A DNA stretch of 64,000 nucleotides, taken from positions 1,674,001-1,738,000 of the forward strand of contig OZ176052.1 in the NCBI GenBank assembly GCA_964247055.1. Reading direction: 5' to 3'. A program made the position numbers and the translations under genes. The notes under the pieces were generated by a model. It saw nothing but the letters and a program-made list of their open reading frames with translations. It did no database searches and had not been told where the DNA came from. The DNA is from Paragordius varius (Eukaryota; Animalia; Nematomorpha). Shown here in pieces: positions 35,041-49,200 of this stretch. The first letter of the stretch is position 1, and the number at the start of each line of letters is the position of its first letter.

Positions 35041-37162
35041 TGTATATCTTATATTTTTTTATCAAAATAAACATGAAAAAGTCATCTCAACATTGAACTG
35101 AAAAATATATTTTTATATCATATTTTCTAACAGTCCGATGTTTAATCGACGCTATGAGATGTGGATTGAAGCGGATAACACAGAAGTAAACCATATATGC
35201 CAAATTCCCAGAAGCAATTATGTCTAGATATCATAAAACCACAACTACATTCAAACATGCATTATTTAGAAATTGTAATATATAAAGTATCAATAAATAT
35301 TACATAGTGTCCGAAAGCTTACATTTTTTTAAAACTTTATGGGTATAATACAAAAATTTTAAAAAATTCGGTTGGGCTAAACTTTTGAATTTTGTTGTTT
35401 GTATGATAATTAATTGTAATGATTTTAAAGTTTTGGTTTTAATTTTGACTAATTTTCACTAAATTTGATTTAAAAAACAATATATTTTATTATTATATTT
35501 AATAAGCGGCATATTACACTTAAGCTGTATAAAATTCTTATGCTTCATCTCATGAATTCCAAAAGCTTAAAACTATATATCTTTATTGAGTATTGTAATT
35601 ATACCATATTATATGTGTTTTGGCAGGGGAATTCCGCTGGTTAATATAAAATTTAATATCCGCAGATGTGCGGGTACGGCTAAAATGTATGATCAGCTAT
35701 GTATAATCATGTCCAATATAACCAAATTTATATACAAAAATAGCATAAATTAATTTAAACATTTTTCCTAAAAAATAAAAAAAGTCCCTTTAAGTTAAGT
35801 GTTTTAACTGTTTACGCCTCTATTCCAATAATATTATGAATATTTAACGTTAAAAAATTATTTGATGGCATCTTGGTTTTTAAGACGCTGGTTAGTTGGA
35901 CCCCCGATTTCAAAGAAATAATAAAAAAGTATTTTTGGATGATATAAAATTCATTTTATTTTTGGTCATCTAAGATTCTGATTATTCAGTATTTAATTGA
36001 ATAAAGTTTATATATTTACAGCCTTAACACTCCTCAATTGTGTCATGGTTGAGTGTGAGTTGTAATTCATTTATGTTAGCTAGTGGTTTATTGATAATGA
36101 TATGTGGATTAATGGTCATTTAAGCATACCTGTCGCCCTATATTATATAATTGAAATTATACAGACAACATGCAAAAATAAAGACAAATATTTATTTTCA
36201 AGGCGGCTATTCTTTTTTCATCCATAATTTTTAGATATTATTCATTGTTTTAAACTGCAAAGTATGAAATAGTCATGTGAATTGGGTTTTTAAGAGTAAT
36301 AATATAGTTTATATAGAAATTAAAGATTAAAAATATATCGTTGTCTTCTAGTGACAAAAAAATATTTTTTACGTTTATTTGTATGAATTTAAATTTTAGC
36401 GCACATTGGGGTTCACATATCGTTTATAATTTCTATTTATACTTTCATTAAATTCTATTTAATTTCTTTATCGTTATCTTATAGATTTTAACAACTGTTA
36501 ATACATATATAATGTTCTGCCGACGCTTTTTTTGACGGTATTCTAGAGTTTTGGTCTTCTGATTGCTTTGATTGAAGCCATTCAGTTTCATAAATGGTAT
36601 CATTCCTACAAATATGAAATATATCTTCTATAATCAAACAAACTAAAGTTCGTTCAAATCGTTTTCAATAGTTAAAATATTATAATCATATTAATTATGG
36701 AAAATTTAAATAAAATTTTAAATTTTTTTATTTTTTTCCAATAACTTAAATTATTGTGATCGGTTCAATTAACAGAGATCCCTCTCCCTTACAAAGATTA
36801 AATTGTTATAGATATTACAATAAAAGTTATTACAATGTTAAAAGTCTAAAAGCTGGAGAAAAGTATTTTAAAGAGGAGAGAATACAGCTGTTTTTCTAAA
36901 AAAATATTTGTCTATTGGATCTTAGGCTTTTATAAATTAATTTTGACTGTGATTAGAGCCGATCATTTACAAAAAAAATTCCTTAGTTAATTCCCATGTA
37001 TATTTTTATAAAATTAATTGATGACAGTATTAAAAATATAACAACTATTTAATTATAACCATATAATTATGCATGATAAAAGCAACAATCATTTTATAAA
37101 CCTCAATTTATACTCTAAAATTCTAAATTTATTTTAACATCTCTAATATAAAATCTTTTATC

Positions 37163-39404
37163 ATGACTTTTTGGATTCGAAACAAAAGAAATGGCCAAAG
37201 AAAAGCGAACGGGAAAGGTTTCTTTTATATTTCTCTTTTAATGAAGCCATAGAAAGAGTTATTCTAATTTTAATTGAAATTTTTATCATGTATACTTTTA
37301 TGTTTAATTTATACTGTTAAAGCCAAATCTAACACAGTAAACAGCCATATATACAGTATACAAGTAAAAAATCATTGCTAGTTTTTCATGAAATATTGTC
37401 GGGTCTTTGAGTGTAAGATTAGTTCATATAAGAAAAAACGAAAAAAATACTGCTGAACTTTTTCCCTATTAACGAACAAGAATCCAATAACCTATGATAT
37501 GGATGTTTTTTGTAAGGAATTACATGATATCTAGAAATTTCGGGCAAAAAATTTTAAAATGTGAATGTAACTTATCCATATCATCAAAAGGGTAAGTTAT
37601 TAATAGAAATCCAAGTATTGTGAATACCTATCAAACAACTTATTTTCTTAAGGATATTTTTAAAAATTTAGATATCCATAAAACAAATAAAATATATTTA
37701 TAAGGTTGATTTTTTGGTTCGGGGCCCCGAATATTACACTTTATAAAACTCATAATAATTTTTAACCAATTCAATTTGTGCAAAAGTATTAAATAAGTTT
37801 TATAATCTCACAATACTATAAAAATAATGCGTTTACAATCACCACAAAAACTTGATAGTTAATGATAAAACATTTTAGCATGCAACGCAACAATCAAATA
37901 ATTAAATTGCTTTTGTAAATTTAAATTTATATCAACATCATATTAATGAAAAATATTTTTGCCCGGAATCGTATTCTAAAGAAAAATTATAATGAAAGAA
38001 GAGTTATTGGACAAGGTTATTATGTTTGAAGCTTCGAATTTTTTAAATATTTTTCATAAAAATTTAAATTGAGATATCGAATCCGATGCATTAGCAAATA
38101 TAAGGGAATTAAAAAATATTTTATTATAGAATTAACAGAAAAGATTTTGTAAAAACTACTATTTTTTAAAATTTTTGTTTCAATTCCGAAATTGGCAACT
38201 GATTCAGAAAATTTGTTTAAGAATATTAATTTTACTCAGATTTTCTAACTTATATATATATATATATATATCAAATTTCTTGTGGGCTAAAATGTTTAAT
38301 TTAATAATTCATAAATATCAATTTTAAATTACAGGTTTGAAAAAGTGGTGGAATCGTTTGTTTTCTTGTTTTGGGAAGATGGAAAAGAATGACGCTTTAA
38401 TTGGTAAAAATTTATATTTTATTTATATTGAATATTTATTTATAAAAAAAGCATTTTTTATCAAATATATCTAAGATGAGTACATTTTTTAAAGACAGTA
38501 GGGCATAAAGCACTTGCGTCAAAATTAAGCTATTTAGAAACAATATCTATAAAACCTTGACGAATATTTAATAAACTAAAAGGTGGGATCAATATTAATA
38601 TCTAAGAAAATCTAAAAAACTGATGGGGTATTAATATTACGAATTCGATTTTACTGTTAAATTAGTTGAATGTCCCCCTGGTAAGCCTGATGCGATTCAA
38701 AAGAAATCCAACATCAAGGGTCGAAATGGATGCAAAAATGGTAAAAAATAATTTCAGATTTTTATTAGAACTAAAAAGTAAAAATAATTAAATATTTTGG
38801 GTATGTCACTTTAATAATATCCATATCAAAATAAAAATTTATCTAACTAGAACCAAATATCCCAAAAAGAGTGGTTTTCAATGAAGACGTTGAATATTTC
38901 CGTTGGACTCCAATTTCCCCTGTCGGAGAACTATTCTATCCAGAACCTAATTGGGCAGAAATTAATGCGATAGAAAGTGATAATTCATGCGATGAAGATT
39001 GTACTTCGCCTGAATCAATCGGTAAAATAAATATTTCGAAACATTTTTTACAACAGGGACATTAATGCAAAAAGCAATTATTTTTATTGATATTGCTACA
39101 AAATTTATTCAATTAAATGTAGAAAAAACTGTTCCAAAAAGAACAGTAAGATTCAATGACGAACCTCAGTATTTTACATGGACCCCTTCACCTTGTGAGG
39201 AACCATCTCCAGATTCAGGCTTACCAGGAATAGCTTTGTTGGAATGCAAGGGTTGTACATGTGATTATGAATCTGTGATGACTGATTGTGTTATTCGAGA
39301 AACATACAGTAAGTTTAAAATAACACTTTTAAATTAACAATATAATTAAACTTTTTTTTATTTTTTGATGTTTAGGGGTCTTTTATTTGGAGACCCGTGT
39401 ATGA
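37163..39404 (+). CDS. Unnamed RVxF/ETRV protein, copy 2; spliced
   Basis: Exons 37163-37217, 38335-38403, 38666-38740, 38851-39021, 39123-39308, 39376-39404; same lengths and phases as copy 1. Ends RVFYLETRV*. Confidence 0.8.
37946..38015 (+). CDS. Probable alternative first coding exon, copy 2 (MKNIFARNRILKKNYNERRVIGQ)
   Basis: Runs from ATG to a phase-1 GT donor. An in-frame TAA lies upstream with no AG between it and the ATG, so it can only act as a first coding exon. Confidence 0.55.
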
Positions 39405-39429
39405 CATTGGTTGGAGTGTGTTCAATGAA

Positions 39430-41470
39430 TTCAAATATCAAACACACATTATATATATTTTATGTATCATCATTTATATATATAATATATTCTATTTCTA
39501 TATTCCATATATTCATATTTTTACTATCATTCTTATTCTACAAAATACATTCCTTTACATCAAACCTCAACTCACCTAACACACACACACACACACCCAC
39601 ACACATCACATGTCCTATTTACTTTTTGGACATCATACTTTTTTATATTTTACCCATCCTTACATTACATCAACAAACATATCTTCCATTCTCTATTACA
39701 AATTCACCCAATACACTCACCTTACATATATACATTACCTATATTCCATCTATTTTTTGGATACTATCTTTTATTCTATATTTAAATTAATTTATTATTT
39801 TATTAAAAATATATTCCCTTATTTTATATCAAAACATGTCCATTCTCCATCCTTACAAAATCACTTAAATCATCACATCTCTCTACCTTACATAAACATC
39901 TTCAAACTCACCATTCATCACATATTTTTATTCTCTTTGATTATCCCTTACATTACATCAACATACATCTCTTACCACCATACCACCTCATCTTCCTTAC
40001 CTTACATATAACAAACTCATTATATCTATCCATGATTTTTTGGATACTGTATTCTTTATATACCATAAATAGATTTATTTTTTATTTTGATTTAATTTTA
40101 TTCCCATATTACCTTAATTTACATCAATACATCTTACGAAATCACCTCACCTTACATCTCATTCACCCACATATCACATCACCTTTCTCCAATTTACTTT
40201 TTCATCATCTCTTTATATTTGATCCATATTTTTTTATATGATTAATTTTATTTCCATACTCCTTTACATTACATACCTATCTTTACAAAATCACCTACCA
40301 TTTACCATTACATCACACCTCACCTTACATATACATCATCAAAAATCTCATTTTTGGATACTTTTTATTATATATTAATATATTTTTACTTTATATTCCC
40401 TCATTTTATATTCCCATATTCCCTTGCTTTACATCCCTATCTTTACAAAATCACCTCACCTTACATATACATCATCAAACTCATCAAATCTCATTTTTTG
40501 CACACTTTTTAACATATAAGAATATATTTTTACTTCAAATTCCCTTATCCTTACGATATACCTAACATTTATCATCAAACCACACCTCACCTTACATATA
40601 CATCCTCAACTGAGCACTTTTGGATACTTTTTAACATATAAAAATATATTTTTACTTTATATTCCCATATGCTTACGATATACCTAACATTTATTACACA
40701 TCACCTTACTTATATATCCTCAAACGGATCAAATCTCATTTTGGATGCTTTTAAAATTATATAAAAATTTATTTACTTTATATTCCAACATTCCCTTACA
40801 TTAGATCCCTATCCATACAAAAACTCCTAACATTTACCATCACACCCCACCTTGCATCCTCATTCATCAAATCTTATTTTTGGATAGTTTTTATTATATA
40901 TGAATATATTTTTACTTCAAATTCCCTTATCCTTACGATATACCTAACATTTAGCATCACACCTCACCTTAAATTTACATTATCAAATTCAACACTTTTG
41001 GATACTTTTTATTATATATTAATATATTTTTACTTTATATTTTCATATCCTTAAAATATACCTAACTATCATCACACCTCACCTTACAATTACATCCTCA
41101 AACTTATATCACATCTCATTTTTGGATGCTTTTAAATTTATATAAAAATTATTTCAACTATATTCCCTTACATTACATCCTTAACTTTATAAAAACTCCT
41201 ATTTATCGCATTAAACATCACCTTACATCTCCACACTCATTACATCACACCTCCTATTTACCTTTTTAGCATTTTCATTTTTTTATTTGATATTTTTTTA
41301 ATTCCCATATTCTCTTACATTACATCAGCATATCTTCAAACTCTTCCTTCCTACCAAATCACCCAACATTTATCATCATACCTCACCTTACATATACCTT
41401 CTCAAACTCAACATATCTCTGATTTATATTTCCACACAACTTACATTAACTAACCCTTCAAACAAAATTT
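39430..41470 (+). repeat. G-depleted tandem array, copy 2 (longer than copy 1)
   Basis: ttttggat/ttttggac-like anchors at ~39623, 39755, 40038, 40352, 40496, 40618, 40740, 40880, 40997 and 41120. Confidence 0.9.
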
Positions 41471-42534
41471 ATATATTATAATGTTTTTTATATCTGTATT
41501 TAGTTAATGATTTTGTTATTGTAAATAAATTTTTATGATTTTGTTATAATTAAATTGATATGACATAATCAGTTTTCGATGTCTATTAAACATCAAGTCA
41601 CTTTAAATACGGAGCTGAGTTTAGAGTGCAATTAGTTTAAAATTTCTTTTGTTTAAAATCAATTGTAATAAATTATCATAGCATTTATATCCGGATTCAA
41701 ACCGAAACAGTTTATATAGAACCGGAGCTATTAGCTTTTTTTAAAAAGCGTTTTAAACCATGATATCGTTCTTTAAAAACAAATATTTTAAATTTGAATT
41801 AATCATTGTTCAAATTTTGTTACCTACATTTGAGCTATGAAAGTATTTTTATGTCCATATTTTAAAAAAATTGGTTGAGGGAGATTTTATTTTTACTCTT
41901 GAATTAGATATCTATAGGTTAACAACTCAAAAGGTTGAATTAAAATAAGGTAAAGAAAAATAATTGAATGTAGAGAATTATTTTAAACAAAAAATAAAAT
42001 TAGTTTTCCCTGGAAAATATGTTTAAAAAGGAAATGACAATTTCAAAAACTACGTAGCAACAGTTAATTTTATTACCTTTAACGAAAGACATCTATCTTA
42101 TTGACAGTGGTGGAAAAAAATGAAACCCAATTATTTTTAACAAAAATAATGGACCAGAATTAAACTTGATAGCGGCTACCAAATCATTTAATCAAGAACC
42201 GTTTTAAGGCCTTACAACTGCCCCCGGAATCAAACGAATTAAATTGCATATTCTCTTTCCATCATATTAAATCGTTATTATAATATCTCTTATAAAAATA
42301 TCCCTTTTCTCGTAAAAATATATAAAAATATTTCAATTTAGAATATATATTGTAACTAATAAAATGTTAAAATAATATAACAGCCTTTTTTTCTGAGGCA
42401 AAAACATATAAACCTATGTAGGAAAACCTTCCATTTTCATATTTATATTGGCACGGCATCTATTTTTAAAACATTTTCGCATGGTTTGATGCCGCGGTGT
42501 AATTTGAAATACGTTAAACTTAGAAAGATATATA

Positions 42535-42717
42535 AAGTATGCATTTTAATGGTTGCTTATTTCACACTATAGTTGGGCGATTCGCAAACAGGAGTGAGTG
42601 TATGGAAAAAAGACAGTAAAAAATTGTTATTCAACATTTTGTTGTTTTTCCATACACTACTGTGTTGGAAATTTCCCATCTAGAGTGTGAAATAAGCAAC
42701 TATTAAAATGCATACTG
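42535..42717. mobile_element. MITE family A
   Basis: Counterpart of 8817-9004. Confidence 0.85.
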
Positions 42718-43281
42718 TATACAAAAAAAGCCCGGCCAAATAAATAGTCCAAAAAATTAACGCGGAAAATTTATAAAAATTTCTGGAACTTTTTATATCC
42801 AATCCTATTTCGGTCAGCCTAAATTGATTTGATAGATTTATAGAAAAAACTGACTTTCAATGATTTCTTAAAGTTTTGCTTTTTTACGCTAAATGGTGCC
42901 ATGCAAAGACTATATATATGTATAAACCCCTTATCGCAAACCATAGTCAAAATCTGGCTCATTCTACATATAAATATTGTGTAAAAACTTATTTTTTAAT
43001 CATAAAATATAAGTTGAACTTCATCGATATGACACAATAATTCTGTTAACTCCATATCGAAGTAGATTGCATGGGACATTTGTCACAAATTTTTTACGGT
43101 TTATTGTAAGCTTTTATGGGAAAAAATAAAATCATTTTTAATCTTTACATGCAAAAATCAAAATTTAACAAAATATTCACAACAAGGTAAAAATGGACAA
43201 TTCACAAAAATTTTGTACCAAAAATTGTTTTTAGTGTGGTGTCTTTGCTAGGTTTAAAGCCGTTACCAATTCAATAATATA

Positions 43282-43551
43282 CAGTAAAATTGAAATTATA
43301 CGGACAAAACGTAAAAATATAAAGACTAATACTATTTTCCAAAAAATAACCCCACACTTTTTAAATCTTTATTCTTTTAATAACTGATTTTTTAAACTAC
43401 AAAACAAAAAATATAAATGTTAATAGGTAACTTAATCAATGATTGTAATTAAATGATTTTATAGGATAAATTATGTTTTAAAAAGATATGGTTGTCTTTT
43501 GAAAAAAAATTGTCTTTAAACGTTTTGTCCGAATAATTTCAATTTTTACTG
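43282..43551. mobile_element. MITE family B
   Basis: Counterpart of 9587-9829; ta|cagtaaaattgaaattatacggacaaaacgt. Confidence 0.85.
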
Positions 43552-43580
43552 TTATATTTTTTGGTTATATATAACAATAA

Positions 43581-43869
43581 TACCTCGAATTCACCTCTGA
43601 ACATTTTAAATTTACCCTTGAACAATTCAAATTGACCCACAAAGATTTCAAATTAAAAACAAAATGTTATAAAATTATAAAATACCTATATTTTGTTATT
43701 CAAAGAAAAATAAGTTTCGTTATAATTGCGAAACCTTGAAAAATATAATAAACTACATAATAAAGAAGAATATCACACCAATACTGAGTCAAATTATCGC
43801 CCACAAATATAATTAATTTGCAGGGTGAATTTGAAATGTTCAGGAGTAAATTTGAGAGGTGTAAATGGT
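43581..43869. mobile_element. Family C element
   Basis: Counterpart of 9856-10145. Confidence 0.75.
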
Positions 43870-43979
43870 ATATATCAATTAATTATGTTATGTAAAAAAG
43901 GCTCAATTTTCAGTTGGCATATTAGATTCTGATAACACATAATATATTTATTTAAAAAAAGAGTTAAATATGCATAATA

Positions 43980-46216
43980 TTAATTGACAATAATCATTTT
44001 GAAATAATGCGTGAAATCAGTGATATGAGTGAATTGTTGAAACACGAGGCTTAATTGATTAACAAGCATGTCTGATAAATGTATTTTCTCCTTAACTAAA
44101 AGTTCCAAGAAAGCAAACGTAATTTTCATCCATATACATTTGTGCATTTCATTGTCCTAATAATAATAAATTTAAAATATAACCTAATAGGTTATGGATT
44201 AAAATGTCTTCAGAAGTGATGGTTTTTTTAGTTTAAGTGAAAAAATTTAAAAAAGCTAGAATAACGTTTCAATAGATTTTTTTATGAAAAATAAAAATTA
44301 ATTTCTCAAAAAGCCCTTTAAAAATTTGCAAATTAGAAAATTTCAATCACCTTTAAATCTATTTAAAGCAAAGTTAAAATATATACTAATTAATATGCTA
44401 ACAAAAATAATAAAACTCAAAGTTTTTTGTCAAATAACCTTTTGCAAAGAATCCAAATGACTTTCAATTTGTCGAGGATGGTGTTGCATAATAAATTTAT
44501 CGAAATGTTGAATGTTTACGACAGGGCTTGTTTCTTGTTCCAAATTAAGGCTTTTCTGTTTTCGTATTATGGATTTTTGATTTTTATCCAATCTTTTATG
44601 GGTGGATATCGAAGATTTGATTCCGCGTGTAGTTATATTTGACAATGTAATATTTTTATTAGAAAGGACGGGAGTGTTGGAAAAAAGATTGGCAAATATC
44701 AGTGGTGTGGTAGAACTATTAAAGGGTTTATTTTTATTCGTATTGTTTTTCTTTACTAAGGATGGTTTTCTATTAATAATGGATGGTGACAATAGAGTAA
44801 AATTTGAAATTATACGGACTAAACGTTAAATATAAAGACAATATTTTTTTTCAAAAGACAACGATACTTTTTTAAACCTTAATTTTTCTCATAATTATAT
44901 AATTACGATTGTAAAATATATTATTGATTGTATAACCAATATACATATCATTTTTTATTTGAATTTAAAACAATGAGATATCTTTATAAAAATGAAGTTT
45001 AAAAAAGTATGGTTGTCTCTAAGAAAATTACTTTATATTTTTAGGTTTTATCCGTATACTTTCAGTTTTTATTGTAATATAATTTTAAGAAGACCTAACC
45101 TATATTGTCGTTTCTTATAATTTATGACTTTGAAAAATTTATAGCGTGTTTAAAGATTCCAATCTCTTTGTATGGTAAAAAAATAAATGTTTATCATAGT
45201 CAATATTAATTCTTAAATCAGTTAGTTATGATAGAAAAGAATCTACTAAAAGGAAATACTTTATTTTAAAAAGCATTACTACAACTCTAAATTTTATAGT
45301 TTCTTACGGCATACTCAGAAAAGTAAAGTGTATGAATTTCTCGATTTTCACGAAACTTAACTTTAACATTCTGTTTTGGAAAGCTAGATATAAATTAGAC
45401 TTAAATTTTATAGGGTTATAAATACTAAACGTCGTTATATGGAAAAAAACTTATTTATTGTGCATCAATAAATATGTTAACTCGGGTTAATTTAATTAAA
45501 TCAAAGCGAGAATAGTTAAAAATAACGTATTATTATTATTATTGGTTATTTAGATAATTACTTAATTTCTTGGTTATTGAGCACACAATAAAATGTGAGG
45601 AGAGAATCCAAAAAACTCAAAAATAATTTGCAATCATCATTCAAGTACCCGTTTGTAAGACCATCAATATCGTTTCTGAGTATATATGGTAATGAGAGCA
45701 AATTATATTAAAAAATTATTTAAAATGTTAAAAATTTTTTTTAGTTATAAGAAAAATGATTAAAATTAGTAACTGGACATCAAATAAAATTTGACAAATT
45801 AACTAAAGATAGTTTATATATTGGTGTCTTTTGTGTTGATATTAAATTGAAAAAAATATTTTTTGTAAGAATAATATTTCAAAGATACCTTTTAACAGAC
45901 AGGTGGAATAAAATTAAACCATAGTAAGCAAATGCTAAACTTCCAACCCTATATAGATTGGGTAAAATAGTTGATAATTCAGTATTTTCCAAATTACTCT
46001 TTGAGTAGGATTGATTAGAATTTTGGACACTTCCATATAAATTGCCGCTATTTTTATGGTTAAAATTGTCTTTACTATTTTTAGCAGATATTATTTGCGA
46101 TTGATGAATATAAAAGCAACGCTTAAGTAAAAATTTAAGACCAGGTCTTCGATCAAATGCACATGTTAAATGGTATGTTTGGGTTAGGGCATGCAATAAA
46201 AAGCTATTAAGTAATA

Positions 46217-46270
<54 letters not shown>

Positions 46271-49200
46271 GGCGTTTTGATTTGGGTTTAAAAAAATATA
46301 ATTTATAAAATTGCTTGCTTTATGGCAAAAAGACTAAGAGTAATTGTTAAAAAATTAATATGAAATAAATATTTTAGATATATTTGTAAACTAAATCGAT
46401 AGAGTCAAAATAATTACACTTCACTATATATAATTTGTGCAAAAAAATATTTATTTGAGTTACTTATTAGTTAACAACTAAAATATCACAATAACATTTT
46501 AGAATCATGGCAGATTTCTATTTTTTTTAATATTAAGTAATTTGAAAAAAAAATTGGAATACCAAAAATGTTTCAGCCATATAAAGTCATTTGAACAATA
46601 TTGCAAACTTTAAATCACCATACTTAATACCAAGGACCAAGATAAAAGCAAAAATTATATATAATGGCCAACTACTAATTTTTTTTAATAAAAATGTCAT
46701 ATCTATTATAAGAATTCATTACTTTAATAATTTTCTATCATAACATTCGTAATTTGATCTAGGTGACTCCTTCAATCCTTTCGATATTTTTATATTCTTA
46801 TTTAAAGTCGTGCCCCCTTGTTTGCGATCAATTAAAAGATTGACTTGACTGGGCACAGTGTTAAAATGCGCCGTATTTATTATGTAATGACTTTGACAAA
46901 GTTTTAAGGCTAAATCACCCAATAATTGGGTATATAACCAGGTTCCTAGCAAAGAATTAACAAACTCTTCAATGTACATTGTAAATCTAAGAGTCGCAAA
47001 AAAATAAAATATGGGGAAATGATTAAATATAATTATACATAAATTTCTAGAATTTTTGTAATTTACAGATCATTTAGTGTTAAAGCATGCTATACATGTA
47101 ATTTAATTTCTTGAATTGAGGCAACAATATAAGTTTGATTCTTACATGCATTTTGATAATCACAATCACATTAAAAAAACGTAATAAAAAAGTAAATACT
47201 TTAAATTAGTATATTTGCCTGATGCGGATATACTTATAATTTCATCCAACTTAGGAGAATCGTTATGTGTAGCATTTGCTGGTAGATGAGCACTTTTTAT
47301 GACACAATTTTCATTGTCAAAATAAAATACCTAATTATGTAACATCATAAAATAATTTTATTCATTATAAAAATTTGGATTTTAATATAAACATTAATTT
47401 AAGTTTAAGTTTTTTTATGAGAACAGTAAAAATTGTAATTATAATACGAACAAAACGTAAAAATATAAAGACAAATTTTTTTAAAAAAACAATGCTTTTT
47501 TAAAGCTAGATTTTTCCTTAAATTAATTAATTACAATCATAAAACGTATAATTGATTGTGTTATTAATATACATCTCTATTTTATACTTTGCAGTTTAAA
47601 ACAATGATTTATATTAAATTGTCTAGCAAGTATGGTTTTGTCTTTTAAAAATATATTTTATATTTTTTCAAATTTTACTGTACAAATGATTTTATTTTTT
47701 ACCATTTAGGTGTCTTAAAAAGATATAAAATTAAATATCATAATAGTATATATCACCTCTTTTATCATATCCATTCGTAACTTTGTTTCACGTTTAACCC
47801 ATTTATTTTCTGCTTTAACTATTGTTCTATCATCACAAGGTAAATTCTCAAAATTATTATTATGATGGTCAACTGGTAATATTTGTCGTTTGTTGGTGGT
47901 ATGCTTTAAAACACCCAATCGTATAACGAAATTTCATTCATTCCCATTCATATTCCAATTTCCTGGTTCAAAAATGATTGTAATCAATTGACATTTATGC
48001 AATAAATGGTTTTGACAAGCCGAAAGACACAACAGTATTTGATCAATCAAAAGTTTTTTGTCAAAATTATCAATGTTTATTATATTGGTGGAACTTTTAT
48101 TTTTATTATTGGACACAAATGTAGAATCGGGATGGGTGTTGGACAATATTGCAGTGTTAAAAAACGATGATGACCATTGAAATAAATAGTGTCTAAATGG
48201 TGGATTTATATATATATATATATTGAAATGAGAGAAAGCATAAAAATTTTTTACAGGTAAGTAGGGTTAAATTATTTGTGCGATACTATAAAAAGATATT
48301 GTACTAAAAAAACTTAAGTTTCAAATAAAGTTCCCACCCATATAAAAAGTATTTTTTGTGCTAAAAAATTTAAAAATAAAACTTTTTGTTTTATTAAACA
48401 TAAATTTCAACATAATTAAATCTAAAAAAGCGTTTTTAATGTAAATATTATATTGACGCGGAAAAGCTATACTATTCATGCATAAAATGTCATTTTGCAA
48501 AAAGCGGTTTAATTATGTCGTTTCAAAACTTAACAATATTAAAAAATCATTTTTGATGTTTAAAAATCTCAAAAATAAAAAAGCACCTTAAACTACTTAT
48601 GCAGGACGCAGTAAGGGCAAAACTCCGATCATTGCATACAGCCAATGTATATGTGCTTAATAATTGGGAATTTAGCTCTAAACAGCTGTTAATGGCTTCC
48701 TTAATCTGTGGTTGCAAATGCTGAAACTCTCTATTCAGTATTTTCTTCTCATTTATGAAATATTTCTCAGTTATTTTTAAGATAGAATCAGTTAGGATTG
48801 CAAGCAAGTTTTTAACATTTTCTACACGACTTGCTATGTAATTTTTATGCATTTTTTCGCCGTTTTTGGATATTGTATCATCTCGGTATATATTATCCTT
48901 ATTCATATTATTATGTGAAAATGTGTCGGATATAATACAATTATTTAGTTTGGTAAATGCGACGATATAAATGTTGACGAGATATGTATTAATTAATAAC
49001 TCGTTATTATCGTTAGTGCCTTGTTGTGACAAATCTTGTCCAATCATTTCAAATATGGATTCATGATCTAAAGAACATATTAGTAAAATTTTGAAAATTT
49101 GTATTACAAATCATAAAATATTAGAACAATATTTAATTTAACATACCATTTAGTTTTGGTTTTTTAGTTTTGGCTTGACAATAATATTGATTCAAAGCTA

